From the NCBI GenBank assembly GCA_021770785.1, contig JAETQH010000020.1:3101-67100 (forward strand): a DNA stretch of 64,000 nucleotides, given 5' to 3'. Positions 10,650 through 21,074 of this stretch are shown here, piece after piece (position 1 is the stretch's first letter; every line of letters starts with the position of its first letter). Under the pieces are notes generated by a model that saw nothing but the letters and a program-made list of their open reading frames with translations, did no database searches and was not told the DNA's origin. The DNA comes from Lachnospiraceae bacterium (GTDB taxonomy: Bacteria; Bacillota; Clostridia; Lachnospirales; Lachnospiraceae). The position numbers and the translations under genes are program-made.

Positions 10650-11035
10650 TCAGGGCAGGGATTTCCGCCCCGGAATGAGTGGCTGGTTTCCAGGGAGTTC
10701 CCCGGCTTCTGTATTTTCGGAAACGTCTGTTTCAATTGTCTCTGTGTCAATGTTTTTTGTTTCGGTAGTTTCCGCGTCCTCGTTTTCTGTACTTTCGGAA
10801 ACATCTGTATCAAACGTTTCTGTGTCAGTGGTTTCTGTTTCAGCCGCTTCCGTGTCTCCGTTTTCAGTACTTTCGGAATCGTCCGTTTCAATCGTCTCTG
10901 TGTCAATGTCGTCCGTTTCGGTAGTTTCCGTGTTCGCGTTTTCAGTACTTTCAGAATCGTCCGTTTCAATCGTCTCTGTGTCAATGTCGTCCGTTTCGGT
11001 AGTTTCCGTGTTCGCGTTTTCAGTACTTTCAGAAT
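10650..11035 (-). pseudogene. 3' fragment of an acidic Thr/Glu/Asp-rich repeat protein, cut by IS3
   Basis: Frame reads SESTENANTETTETDDIDTETIETDD repeats down to a stop at 10650; 5' part replaced by the IS3 left end. Confidence 0.65.
10715..11035 (-). repeat. ~4 tandem 78-bp repeats (26-aa unit)
   Basis: Unit containing TTCAGTACTTTC...TCGTCCGTTTCAATCGTCTCTGTGTCAATG recurs every 78 bp, with degenerate copies to the left. Confidence 0.85.
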
Positions 11036-11111
11036 TGATGTGGTATAAAAAAAGTTGACACCCCATTTTCAAGGATTAGTATATAATCAAGAGAATAAGG
11101 AGTGAACCAAA

Positions 11112-11450
11112 ATGGCAGAAAACAGACAATATGACCATGAATACAAAGTACAGGCAGTGAAGCTCGCAAAGGAAATTGGACAAGCGAAAGCCGCCCAAGA
11201 ACTGGGGATTCCAAAGAATACCATGTATGGCTGGGTACGGGCCAGCCGCCTTGGTAATCTCGACCTTGGGGCAGGCTCACAGACCCCTCAAAGCGCCATG
11301 ACTCTTAATGAGGAACTCTTAAAGCTCCGCCAGCAGGTTAAGGAACAGGAAAAAGAAATCCGCCGTTTGAAGAAGGAAAATGACTTTCTGGAGGAAGCCA
11401 GCGCTTTTTTCGCCGCGAGCCGTCTGAGGTCAGCAAAAACGAAAGAATGA
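11112..11450 (+). CDS. IS3 transposase OrfA (HTH)
   Basis: YKVQAVKL...AAQELGIPKNTMYGWV HTH and a C-terminal coiled coil ending FLEEASAFFA. Confidence 0.9.
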   Translation: MAENRQYDHEYKVQAVKLAKEIGQAKAAQELGIPKNTMYGWVRASRLGNLDLGAGSQTPQSAMTLNEELLKLRQQVKEQEKEIRRLKKENDFLEEASAFFAASRLRSAKTKE

Positions 11451-12355
11451 AGTTTATTGCTCTCAAAACCAAAGACGGCGAATTAAAAGGGGATATCTTC
11501 TTTTACTGTAGAATCCTTCATGTCAGCAGGCAGGGATTTTACCAGTACCTTGCCAATAAAGACCGCCCATGGAAGTATCAGCCCCTGGCAGACGCCATGA
11601 TGGAGATCCTTGAGGAAGATGATTGTAATGATACCTACGGCCGGATTCGCATGTATCAGGCGTTAATGTTAAAACAGCCTGAAAATGTGGATATTCCCAG
11701 CGAACGCACCGTTTACCGTATCATGGAGGATATCGGCATCAGCCATCCTCCCAAGCGCAAACCAAACGGAATCACGAAAGCGGACCGGGAAGCCCGGAAA
11801 TCAGAAGATCTGTTAAAACGTGATTTCAAGTCAGAGAAGCCTCTGGCGAAGTGCGTAACAGACATAACAGAGATCAAAGCCAGCGATGGAAAGCTGTATG
11901 TTTCTGCTGTTTTTGACTGCTTCGATTCCAGCGTGATCGGCCTGGCGATGGATACCAACATGAAAGCCCCGTTATGTGCGCAGACACTGAAGAATGCGGC
12001 GGAAGCGTATCCAGGCATCCGCGGGGCAATTATCCACAGTGACAGGGGAAGCCAGTACACCAGCCAGCTTTACCGGGACACAATCCGGAAGTATGGCATC
12101 CGGCAGAGCATGAACAGCGCAGGAGGAAGATGTCATGATAACGCCCGCTGCGAAAGCATGTGGGCCAGAATGAAATCAGAACTGTTATATGACCGCTATG
12201 ATACTGAGAAGATGAGTACGGATGAACTGAAAACCCTCATCTGGAGATATTTCATCAGCTATTGGAATAACCGGAGGATCTGCTCCTCTAATGGAGGTCT
12301 TCCTCCCATGACAAAACGACAGCGATACTATGATTCCCTGAAAGAGGCAGCATAG
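11447..12355 (+). CDS. IS3 transposase OrfB (DDE/rve)
   Basis: TDITE, HSDRGSQY, DNARCES motifs; ATGA overlap with orfA. Confidence 0.92.
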   Translation: MKFIALKTKDGELKGDIFFYCRILHVSRQGFYQYLANKDRPWKYQPLADAMMEILEEDDCNDTYGRIRMYQALMLKQPENVDIPSERTVYRIMEDIGISHPPKRKPNGITKADREARKSEDLLKRDFKSEKPLAKCVTDITEIKASDGKLYVSAVFDCFDSSVIGLAMDTNMKAPLCAQTLKNAAEAYPGIRGAIIHSDRGSQYTSQLYRDTIRKYGIRQSMNSAGGRCHDNARCESMWARMKSELLYDRYDTEKMSTDELKTLIWRYFISYWNNRRICSSNGGLPPMTKRQRYYDSLKEAA

Positions 12356-12400
12356 GATACAAAATCCTTGAGGAAAATGTGTCAACTAATCTTGACAAAA

Positions 12401-13621
<1,221 letters not shown>

Positions 13622-13641
13622 CTAATCTTATTATAGCGTAC

Positions 13642-13842
13642 TTATCCCTGTTTGTCATTGGGTGTTTTGACGGTTTCTGCTTTTATGAGCCGTATCATCT
13701 TATCGCGGAGCCGTTCCGAGCCGCCGCAGGAGGTAGACACTTCATAGTAAGTGCCGCCGATTTTGTAGCAGACGGTTTCTTCTGTTGGCTTTCTATTTTG
13801 CGGTACAAATTCGCTGTCTTTGATTTCCAGTTTCCAATCCAT
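13642..13842 (-). CDS. Small TnpW-like transposon-encoded protein
   Basis: 66 aa with KIGGTYYEVS...RDKMIRLI pattern, directly upstream of the recombinase, with an RBS. Confidence 0.6.
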   Translation of the reverse strand: MDWKLEIKDSEFVPQNRKPTEETVCYKIGGTYYEVSTSCGGSERLRDKMIRLIKAETVKTPNDKQG

Positions 13843-14169
13843 TCTTTTCCCTTCCTTTCCGTATTTGTTAAAATGAAAAGTTTCGGAGCAAGCATAGGAA
13901 AAGGGTACCCTTTTCCATAAATCTGCCCGTCTGCGCTATGGCTTGCCGGACAGATTTTGCTTGTTGGGAAGAATCCCAAACCCTCTGAAAAGTCCTCTCA
14001 TTACCTACAACACCATATAGGACGATTTTGACGAAGTTTTGAAAGAAATTCTTCAAAAAGTTTTCCTTGCTTCTTAATACGGGGAAGTTTGGAAAATGCC
14101 AAACAAAGTAACAAAAATATACGCCTGTTTCCAATCTTTTCAGAAAGAAAACAGGCGTATTATTACGTC

Positions 14170-14544
14170 CTAATTATTTTTTGATGTGCGGTCTATCTCC
14201 TGTCGGTAAAAGTCAATTTTGTCGTCCAGTTTTGTCATGTGTTCCTGTAACTGTTTTATCTGCTCATTTAAGGCTTCCCTATGTGCAGTCAGCATTTCCA
14301 TTCTCTCACGCAGAGTAGGGTCTCCCGCCGCCCGTAATTTCGCATAATGCTGTATCTCCTTAATCGGCATACCAGTATCCTTTAGACGCTTGATAAATTC
14401 AATCCATGCAAGGTCTTTATCCGAATAACAGCGGCGGTTACTGGAATTGCGCCCCGGCATAATTAAGCCCTCATGTTCATAGTAGCGCAGAGTATGTATT
14501 CCTAAATTTGTAAGCCTTGAAAATTCACCTATGGAGTATTCCAA
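14170..14544 (-). CDS. MerR-family transcriptional regulator
   Basis: YSIGEFSRL...TLRYYEHEGLI...TGMPIKEI. Confidence 0.93.
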   Translation of the reverse strand: MEYSIGEFSRLTNLGIHTLRYYEHEGLIMPGRNSSNRRCYSDKDLAWIEFIKRLKDTGMPIKEIQHYAKLRAAGDPTLRERMEMLTAHREALNEQIKQLQEHMTKLDDKIDFYRQEIDRTSKNN

Positions 14545-14563
14545 AAAATCACTTCCTATCCTC

Positions 14564-14594
14564 TTGACATAGAGTTTACTCTATATTGTATGCT
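14564..14594 (+). promoter_or_regulatory. MerR-type promoter/operator for the SDR gene
   Basis: TTGACA-19 bp-TATGCT with palindrome ATAGAGT-TT-ACTCTAT (14569-14584), the classic long-spacer MerR architecture. Confidence 0.85.
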
Positions 14595-14626
14595 TGCATT
14601 ATATCAAAGAAACGGAGGTTTTGTAA

Positions 14627-15415
14627 ATGGTTCAAGACACAAAAAGATACACTGTTATTACAGGAGCGAGTTCCGGCATAGGGTACGAAACGGCAAAGGC
14701 ATTCGCAGAGCGCGGAAGTAATTTGGTTTTGATTGCCCGCAGAAAAGACAGACTGGAAGCATTGCGGCAAGAAATTTTGACTTCATACCCGACACTTGAT
14801 GTTGTACTGAAAGTAACTGATTTGTCTGTTCCCCAAAATGTTTTTAGGGTTTATGAAGATGTGAAATCCTATCATTTGCAGACATGGATTAACAATGCAG
14901 GTTTCGGCAATTATGACAGCGTGGGGCATCAGAATTTGGGGAAAATCAGTCAGATGTTGCACTTGAATGTGGAAGTACTCACTATCCTTTCGTCCTTATT
15001 TGTGCGTGATTTTAAGGATACTGAAAATGCACAGCTTATCAATGTTTCTTCATGCGGCGGTTATATGGTAGTTCCCAATGCCGTGACATATTGTGCGGCA
15101 AAATTTTATGTCAGTGCCTTTACAGAGGGGCTTTCATGGGAATTAAAAACTGCTCGTGCAAAAATGCAGGCAAAAGTGTTAGCACCCGCCGCGACAAAAA
15201 CAGAGTTTGGAAAAGTCGCAAATGATGTAGCGGAATATGATTATGATAAACTGTTTGGCACATACCATACAAGCACACAGATAGCGGCATTTCTGCTTGA
15301 ATTGTACGACAGTGATAAAGTGGTAGGGTTAGTTGACAGGGAAAATTTTTCTTTCCACTTATGCGAACCACAATTCCAATATGCGGAAAATTCACAGCAT
15401 AACCAAAAGATGTAA
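14627..15415 (+). CDS. Short-chain dehydrogenase/reductase
   Basis: TGASSGIG, NNAGFG, YCAAK motifs. Confidence 0.93.
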   Translation: MVQDTKRYTVITGASSGIGYETAKAFAERGSNLVLIARRKDRLEALRQEILTSYPTLDVVLKVTDLSVPQNVFRVYEDVKSYHLQTWINNAGFGNYDSVGHQNLGKISQMLHLNVEVLTILSSLFVRDFKDTENAQLINVSSCGGYMVVPNAVTYCAAKFYVSAFTEGLSWELKTARAKMQAKVLAPAATKTEFGKVANDVAEYDYDKLFGTYHTSTQIAAFLLELYDSDKVVGLVDRENFSFHLCEPQFQYAENSQHNQKM

Positions 15416-15786
15416 TATATTCAGATAATTGCCGCACGAAGGCAAAAAGAAAAAACCGTCGTGCAGTAATCCTATTTTCATGCCTTGATAACCTTTACGG
15501 CGGTTTTGGAAAGTCCAAGCCGCCGTTTTCTGTTATCTGTATTTTGGTAGAGGAAACTTCCGGCGGCAGAGGTATTGCTATGCCTGTTCATCACTCATAC
15601 ATTGTCAGAGGTTTGTTGTTAAAAAAATCCCGTCTTTCATAACGGTATATTCTGCCTATGAGTATGAACACACATATCATTTAATATGTCTTAATAACTC
15701 GTATTACTCAAATACCTGTACCGCTTCATGCTGTATGGATATTTGTTGTAATAGCCCCCTATTGGGAAGAAAGGGGGTGAGAGAAA

Positions 15787-16245
15787 ATGAGATATTCTGA
15801 ACAGTTCATGGAACATATCGAATATGCGTTCAATGCGTTCTGCAAGATTGTATTACGCCATGAAGCAATCAACGCATGGCGGGATTTGAAGCGGAAAGAA
15901 GCAAGGGAAATATCCCTTGACTATCTGATGTCAGAACGATATTTTGAACCGCCTGCTATGGACAGCTATTTTGAAAGACAGGATAAACCGACCGTATTTC
16001 TTGTGTTTGGTAAAGAAGTGATAGTTGACAACGAACGATTGGCAACGGCATTATCAAGATTGCCACAGTTAAGACGGGAAGTCCTGTTGCTTTATTACTT
16101 CGTTGGTTATCGTGATGAAGCAATCGGCAGACTGTACGGACGTTGCAGAAGCTCGATAAATAGTCGGAGAAATGTCGCTCTGAAACAGTTACGAAAAGAA
16201 TGGGAGAGATTGGAGCATGAGGAACAGAAAGCTGATACCTTTTGA
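15787..16245 (+). CDS. Sigma-70 region 4 protein (Tn916 Orf7-like)
   Basis: FNAFCKIVLRHEA N-terminus, LATALSRLP...LLYYF..DEAIG HTH; paired with the small HTH gene. Confidence 0.8.
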   Translation: MRYSEQFMEHIEYAFNAFCKIVLRHEAINAWRDLKRKEAREISLDYLMSERYFEPPAMDSYFERQDKPTVFLVFGKEVIVDNERLATALSRLPQLRREVLLLYYFVGYRDEAIGRLYGRCRSSINSRRNVALKQLRKEWERLEHEEQKADTF

Positions 16246-16420
16246 AGTAATCGAAAAAGCAGTTGCCGGAGAGCCGGAAGCGGTAGACACCGTGTTGCGG
16301 CATTATACCACGCACATCAAATATCTGTCTATGTATAAGGGGCATATCAATGACAATACACAGGACAGACTAAAGGCTAAATTGGTTGAAGCCATATTGA
16401 AATTTCGCTTCGACCGATAG
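16217..16420 (+). CDS. Small helix-turn-helix protein (Tn916 Orf8-like)
   Basis: PFEVIEKAVAGEPEAVDTVLRHY...LVEAILKF; overlaps the upstream sigma-like gene. Confidence 0.8.
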   Translation: MRNRKLIPFEVIEKAVAGEPEAVDTVLRHYTTHIKYLSMYKGHINDNTQDRLKAKLVEAILKFRFDR

Positions 16421-16424
16421 GAAG

Positions 16425-16498
16425 TAGCAAAGACAGAAGAAGCTGTCAAGGGTAAACTTCGCGCTACGCGCCCTTGACAACTTCTTCTGCCTTTGCTA
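16425..16498. repeat. Long imperfect inverted repeat (terminator or cis-site)
   Basis: TAGCAAAGACAGAAGAAGCTGTCAAGGG ... CCCTTGACAACTTCTTCTGCCTTTGCTA. Confidence 0.75.
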
Positions 16499-16647
16499 AT
16501 GGGTAGTCAAGAGGGTGAAATCAGTAAACTGCTTTCGCCCTCAATTTATTATGGGGATTGTTACGCAGTAGAGGTTATTTTGTCCTTGATTTATGCGGTT
16601 TTGCAGGCGTTGAAATGGCGGGGTAAGGGTTTTATATGTCTGCCCTC

Positions 16648-16784
16648 AAAAATGGCGTTCTATTGCATAACAAAAAGCAGAGAATCGACCACTAATGAAA
16701 GTGATATGCTCTCTGCTCTTGTTTGCCCCCTGTTTGTCAGCGTTGATGATAAGTTTTTTTGAATACTTCCGTATCAACGTAAAA
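16648..16784 (+). repeat. Direct repeat copy 1 (putative element end / att-like site)
   Basis: Shares GCCCCCTGTTTGTCAGCGTTGATGATAAGTT.TTTTGAATACTTCC.TATCAACGTAAAA and upstream sequence with 18117-18247. Confidence 0.9.
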
Positions 16785-16787
16785 CTA

Positions 16788-16860
16788 TTGACATTTTGTG
16801 TGTAAGTTGTATAATTAAATTAGTTTTACACATAATAATAAAAAGAGTAAAACTAATTTA
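16788..16860 (+). promoter_or_regulatory. Sigma-A promoter with 14-bp inverted-repeat operator upstream of the orphan parA
   Basis: TTGACA (16788)-16 bp-TATAAT (16810); TAAATTAGTTTTAC (16816-16829) / GTAAAACTAATTTA (16847-16860). Confidence 0.7.
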
Positions 16861-16880
16861 TAAGCAAAGGAGGATTTAAA

Positions 16881-17918
16881 ATGTCTATAGATACAATTAT
16901 AAATAGACAATATGCTATTGCGAATAATCAGGCAGATTCTATTGACTTGCCGAAACAACGAATTTATGCAATGTGTAATTTACGAGGAGGAATCGGAAAA
17001 ACTACATTATCTTTTAATTTAAGTTATTTAGTGGATAATTTATTAGCTGTGGATACTTGTCCGCAAGGAAACCTCTCTTTTTTTTATGATAATAATTATT
17101 ATGCGGCACAACAAACAAATGTAAAAGATATGTTACTACCATATTTGGTGCCAGGTCTTGGAAAAGCAACAAGAGTAGCCTCTTATATTGGTGCAACGAA
17201 TCCGTATTTTTCCAAAAAAAATAATTATTATATCCCATCGTCTGAAGAACTATATTTATTACCATCTCAGTTAATTACAGCTATTAATCAAACCGCAGGG
17301 CTTCAGCAGGTGCAGAAAGAACAGGCATTAAAGAGTATTTTGTATTCTCTGAAAACTGAAATTGAAAGAGAACTTGCGGAAAACAATTTAGATAAATGTA
17401 TTATAGATACATCTCCGTTTTTTGCAGGTGCTACACAGCTTGCCTGGTATGCTGCTGATGCATTAGTAATACCTGTTCGTACAGACCAACAGTCAATCAA
17501 ATCACTTGAGTTGTTAATTAATACTTTAAGTAGTCCTCAAAGTGAATTTAGAAAATATTTACCAGAAAACGATATGAATGTTCCTAAAATACAAATGGTA
17601 GTTTTGACTCATTGTGGTTGGTCAACGGTAGCCGGAGCTAGAAATGAACCAAATCAGCAAACAAAAGTTTATTTAAAAAAGGTTTATGATATTTTGTCTA
17701 AACATAGAACTTTGTTATCAACGAGTAATCCAGAAAATCATTTGTTTATGCTTGATGATTTTCTTGGTTCTGGTCGGATATCTTCCATTGAATCAAAACC
17801 AATGGAATTGTTGCAGGAAGGCGAAACGAAAGTAATTGATAGAGTGCGTGTAAGTGTGAATAAATCAGTTGATAAATGTAAAAATCAATTAAAATTTATT
17901 GCACAGCAACTATGGTAA
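16881..17918 (+). CDS. Orphan ParA/Soj-like ATPase, AT-rich
   Basis: Deviant Walker A NLRGGIGKTT, VDTCPQGN, Walker B IIDTSP; no adjacent ParB. Confidence 0.85.
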   Translation: MSIDTIINRQYAIANNQADSIDLPKQRIYAMCNLRGGIGKTTLSFNLSYLVDNLLAVDTCPQGNLSFFYDNNYYAAQQTNVKDMLLPYLVPGLGKATRVASYIGATNPYFSKKNNYYIPSSEELYLLPSQLITAINQTAGLQQVQKEQALKSILYSLKTEIERELAENNLDKCIIDTSPFFAGATQLAWYAADALVIPVRTDQQSIKSLELLINTLSSPQSEFRKYLPENDMNVPKIQMVVLTHCGWSTVAGARNEPNQQTKVYLKKVYDILSKHRTLLSTSNPENHLFMLDDFLGSGRISSIESKPMELLQEGETKVIDRVRVSVNKSVDKCKNQLKFIAQQLW

Positions 17919-18116
17919 AATAGAGGAGGTCTATGTTATCCTTTCTAAAATGTACTGAATATATTTATGCTTTTTTAAAGTAGATAGTTAGGTAAATGTG
18001 GAAGTCGAGGGATATATCCTCCAAAGGCTGATAGGAAGTCTGTTCAAGTTTCGGCTTGACCGACCGCTAAAGTACACATTTTGTTAAATTCCAAAGTTGC
18101 CGTTGTAGGAACGCTT

Positions 18117-18247
18117 AAAAACGGCGTTCTACTGCGAAAAAGCAGAGAGCCGACCACTTTTGAAAGTGATTAACTCTCTGCTTTGTTGCCCCCTGTTTGT
18201 CAGCGTTGATGATAAGTTGTTTTGAATACTTCCTTATCAACGTAAAA
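18117..18247 (+). repeat. Direct repeat copy 2 (putative element end / att-like site)
   Basis: Aligns by eye with 16648-16784. Confidence 0.9.
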
Positions 18248-18348
18248 TAAATATTTTTCTTGAGTTTTGGCAGTTTTCCCCACAACTACATAACAGAAAC
18301 CCAAGTACTTTGTTCTTTACAAAAAAAAGTGATAATGTTAGAATAGCA

Positions 18349-18411
18349 CTAGTACAACGAATATTAAGTTTCTGATACAAGATGTCAGTTACTTAATATT
18401 CGTTGTACTAG
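18349..18411. repeat. 63-bp palindromic MITE/REP-like element with CTAG ends
   Basis: CTAGTACAACGAATATTAAGT ... ACTTAATATTCGTTGTACTAG; same termini as 26289-26455. Confidence 0.85.
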
Positions 18412-18466
18412 ATATGCCCTGCAAAAAATAAGAGCAAGGCAGAGACGGAAGAAAGGGACAAGCGTC

Positions 18467-19354
18467 ATGGCAAATATATTTCAAGAGTTTATAGAACAAC
18501 TCTACCCTTCCAAAAGCCGGTCAATGCCGACGCAGAACGGGACAAGCGTTCATGCAAAAAACCAGATAAAACACAGTAGCATAAAGGAAGAGGGACAGGA
18601 AAATACGCATGAACAGGAAAGGACACAAAGAGACGTGGAGAAAGAAGATTTTTTAATTAGCCAGATTGACGAATTCCGTGAAAAGGCAAAACAGCTACAG
18701 GAGCTTCTTATAGCAAAGGAGAGCAAAGTGCAGGAACTGCAATCCTTAGTGGATGAGAGGGAGGACAAAGCACAGGAATTAGAACAGATTTTGACGGAGC
18801 GGCAGGAGGAGGCAGACAAGATTGTCACCGAGTTCGGACGCAAAGTAGACAATCTGGCGGATAAAGTGACCGCTAAAATGGCAGAGATTGAGGCAGAGCT
18901 TTCCGGTCAGGTGGAGGAAATAAAACGGACCAGTGAGGAACAGCTTGAATCAAACCGGAAGCTAAACGAGGAGCAGATTGCAGCCAATAAAAAGCTCAGC
19001 GAGGAGCAGTTAGCGACCAACAAACAGTTCTTAGAGGAACAGGCGATAGCCAATAAGAAACTCAGCGAAGGACAGATTGCGGAGGTCAAGGAGCTGTTAG
19101 AAAACGCCACCGCCCAGTTAGAATCCATTAAGACCGACCTTTCGGAGAAGGTACATACGGAGAATGTCAAGTGTTACCGCAACATTCAGGATCTGTTTAA
19201 TGAATTTGACTCTAAGATTGAGAAAATGGATGAGATGGAACAGGGTGTGGGCTCCGTAAAGGGGTATGTGAAATGCCTGTCCTGGTTTTCTATTTTAAAC
19301 TTTGTTGTTTTGATTGGGTTTATTTTATACTCCCTGGGGGTATTTAATTTCTGA
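18467..19354 (+). CDS. Coiled-coil protein with C-terminal membrane anchor and 11-aa repeats
   Basis: E/K/Q/L-rich; repeats such as SEEQLATNKQF/NEEQIAANKKL; hydrophobic C-terminus. Confidence 0.8.
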   Translation: MANIFQEFIEQLYPSKSRSMPTQNGTSVHAKNQIKHSSIKEEGQENTHEQERTQRDVEKEDFLISQIDEFREKAKQLQELLIAKESKVQELQSLVDEREDKAQELEQILTERQEEADKIVTEFGRKVDNLADKVTAKMAEIEAELSGQVEEIKRTSEEQLESNRKLNEEQIAANKKLSEEQLATNKQFLEEQAIANKKLSEGQIAEVKELLENATAQLESIKTDLSEKVHTENVKCYRNIQDLFNEFDSKIEKMDEMEQGVGSVKGYVKCLSWFSILNFVVLIGFILYSLGVFNF

Positions 19355-19388
19355 AAACATATGACGCAGGAAAAGAAAGAGGAAAGCT

Positions 19389-21047
19389 ATGAGTACAGAG
19401 AAAAAGAAAGTATGGGTGGTTGGACATAAAAATCCGGATACGGATTCTATCTGTGCAGCGATTTCCTATGCGTATTTGAAAAATCAGACCGAGACAGGAA
19501 AAAATTACCAGCCAAAGCGTGCCGGGGCAATCAATGCGGAGACGCGCTATGTACTGGATTATTTTAAAGCGGAGGAGCCGGAGCTTGTGAAGTTTGCCGG
19601 AGCCCAGATTAAGGATATTAATTTCCGGAAAACCGCGGGAGTCGGCAGCCAGATTTCCTTGAAGCGTGCCTGGGAGACCATGAAAAAATTAGAGGTGGTT
19701 ACCCTGCCTGTTACCAATGCGGCGGGAAAATTAGAGGGAATCATTGTAACAAAGGATATTGCCACCTCCTACATGGACGTATTTGACAACCATGTATTAG
19801 CCCAGGCGAGAACCCCCTATAAAACCATTGCGGAAACCTTAGAGGGAAATATACTTGTGGGAAATGAGCACGCTTATTTTGTCCGGGGAAAAGTAGTGGT
19901 GGCAACCTCAAACCCGGAATATATGGCGGATTATATGGAAGATGACGATATGGTTATCTTAGGGGACAGGGAAGAAGCACAGCTTCAGGCTATCGCCTCC
20001 AATGCCAGCTGCATTATCATCGGCGGAGGCTTAGAGGTCAGCGAGGAAGTCCGTGCCGAGGCGGAGAAAAGGGACTGCATTATTATTACCACCCCCTTTG
20101 ATACTTTTTCCGTGGCAAGGCTTATCAACCAGAGTATGCCGATCAAGCAGTTTATGACCCGGAAAAATTTAGTGACCTTCGACATTGAAGATTATGTGGA
20201 CGAGGTCAAGGAAACCATGTCGAAAATCAGGCACCGGGATTTTCCCATTATCAATGAAAACGGCAATTATGTGGGAATGATTTCCAGACGTAATTTGATG
20301 AATATGCAGAAAAAACAGGTGATTCTGGTGGATCACAACGAGAAATCCCAGGCGGTGGACGGCATTACCGAGGCAGAAATCTTAGAGATTATCGACCATC
20401 ACCGTTTAGGCAGCCTAGAGACCATGTCTCCGGTTTATTTCAGGAATCAGCCCTTAGGCTGTACCTCCACCATTATTTACCAGATGTATCAGGAAAAAGG
20501 TGTGGAAGTACCGAAACAGATTGCGGGACTTTTGCTGTCAGCGATTCTTTCCGATACCCTGATGTTCCGTTCTCCTACCTGTACATCATTAGATAAAACA
20601 GTGGCGGAGGCGTTGGCGGAGATTGCAGGGGTGGATATCGAGACCCATGCCAAAAACATGTTTCAGGCGGGAAGTGATTTTAAGAATAAGACTACCGAGG
20701 AAATTTTCTATCAGGATTTCAAGGTATTCCATACCGACGACTGCGATTTCGGAGTGGCACAGATTAGCGCCATGAGCCGGGAAGAGCTTGACAAGGTGGG
20801 CGAGCAGCTGCGTCCCTTTATGACCCAGGTGTTAGGGGATAAAAAACTGGATATGGTCTATGTCATGTTGACAGATATCTTAGAGGAATCCTCAAAGGTC
20901 ATCTTTTTCGGTGACAATGCGGGAAAAATTTTAGCGGCGGCGTTCCGGAAGGAAGAGCGGGAAGAGGGCATTCTCTTAGAGGGTATCATTTCCCGTAAGA
21001 AACAGATGATACCAACTCTTATGAATGCAATGGCTGAAAAACCATAG
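19389..21047 (+). CDS. ppaC: Mn-dependent inorganic pyrophosphatase with CBS/DRTGG insert
   Basis: GHKNPDTDS, LVDHN, IIDHH, SRKKQ motifs; CBS-DRTGG insert. Confidence 0.93.
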   Translation: MSTEKKKVWVVGHKNPDTDSICAAISYAYLKNQTETGKNYQPKRAGAINAETRYVLDYFKAEEPELVKFAGAQIKDINFRKTAGVGSQISLKRAWETMKKLEVVTLPVTNAAGKLEGIIVTKDIATSYMDVFDNHVLAQARTPYKTIAETLEGNILVGNEHAYFVRGKVVVATSNPEYMADYMEDDDMVILGDREEAQLQAIASNASCIIIGGGLEVSEEVRAEAEKRDCIIITTPFDTFSVARLINQSMPIKQFMTRKNLVTFDIEDYVDEVKETMSKIRHRDFPIINENGNYVGMISRRNLMNMQKKQVILVDHNEKSQAVDGITEAEILEIIDHHRLGSLETMSPVYFRNQPLGCTSTIIYQMYQEKGVEVPKQIAGLLLSAILSDTLMFRSPTCTSLDKTVAEALAEIAGVDIETHAKNMFQAGSDFKNKTTEEIFYQDFKVFHTDDCDFGVAQISAMSREELDKVGEQLRPFMTQVLGDKKLDMVYVMLTDILEESSKVIFFGDNAGKILAAAFRKEEREEGILLEGIISRKKQMIPTLMNAMAEKP

Positions 21048-21074
21048 CCATTGCGGTGCTGGTGCAAAGAGAAG

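Noticed and set aside
10715-11035. 78-bp repeats as a CRISPR array
   Set aside because: Contiguous, in-frame coding repeats with no unique spacers and no cas genes
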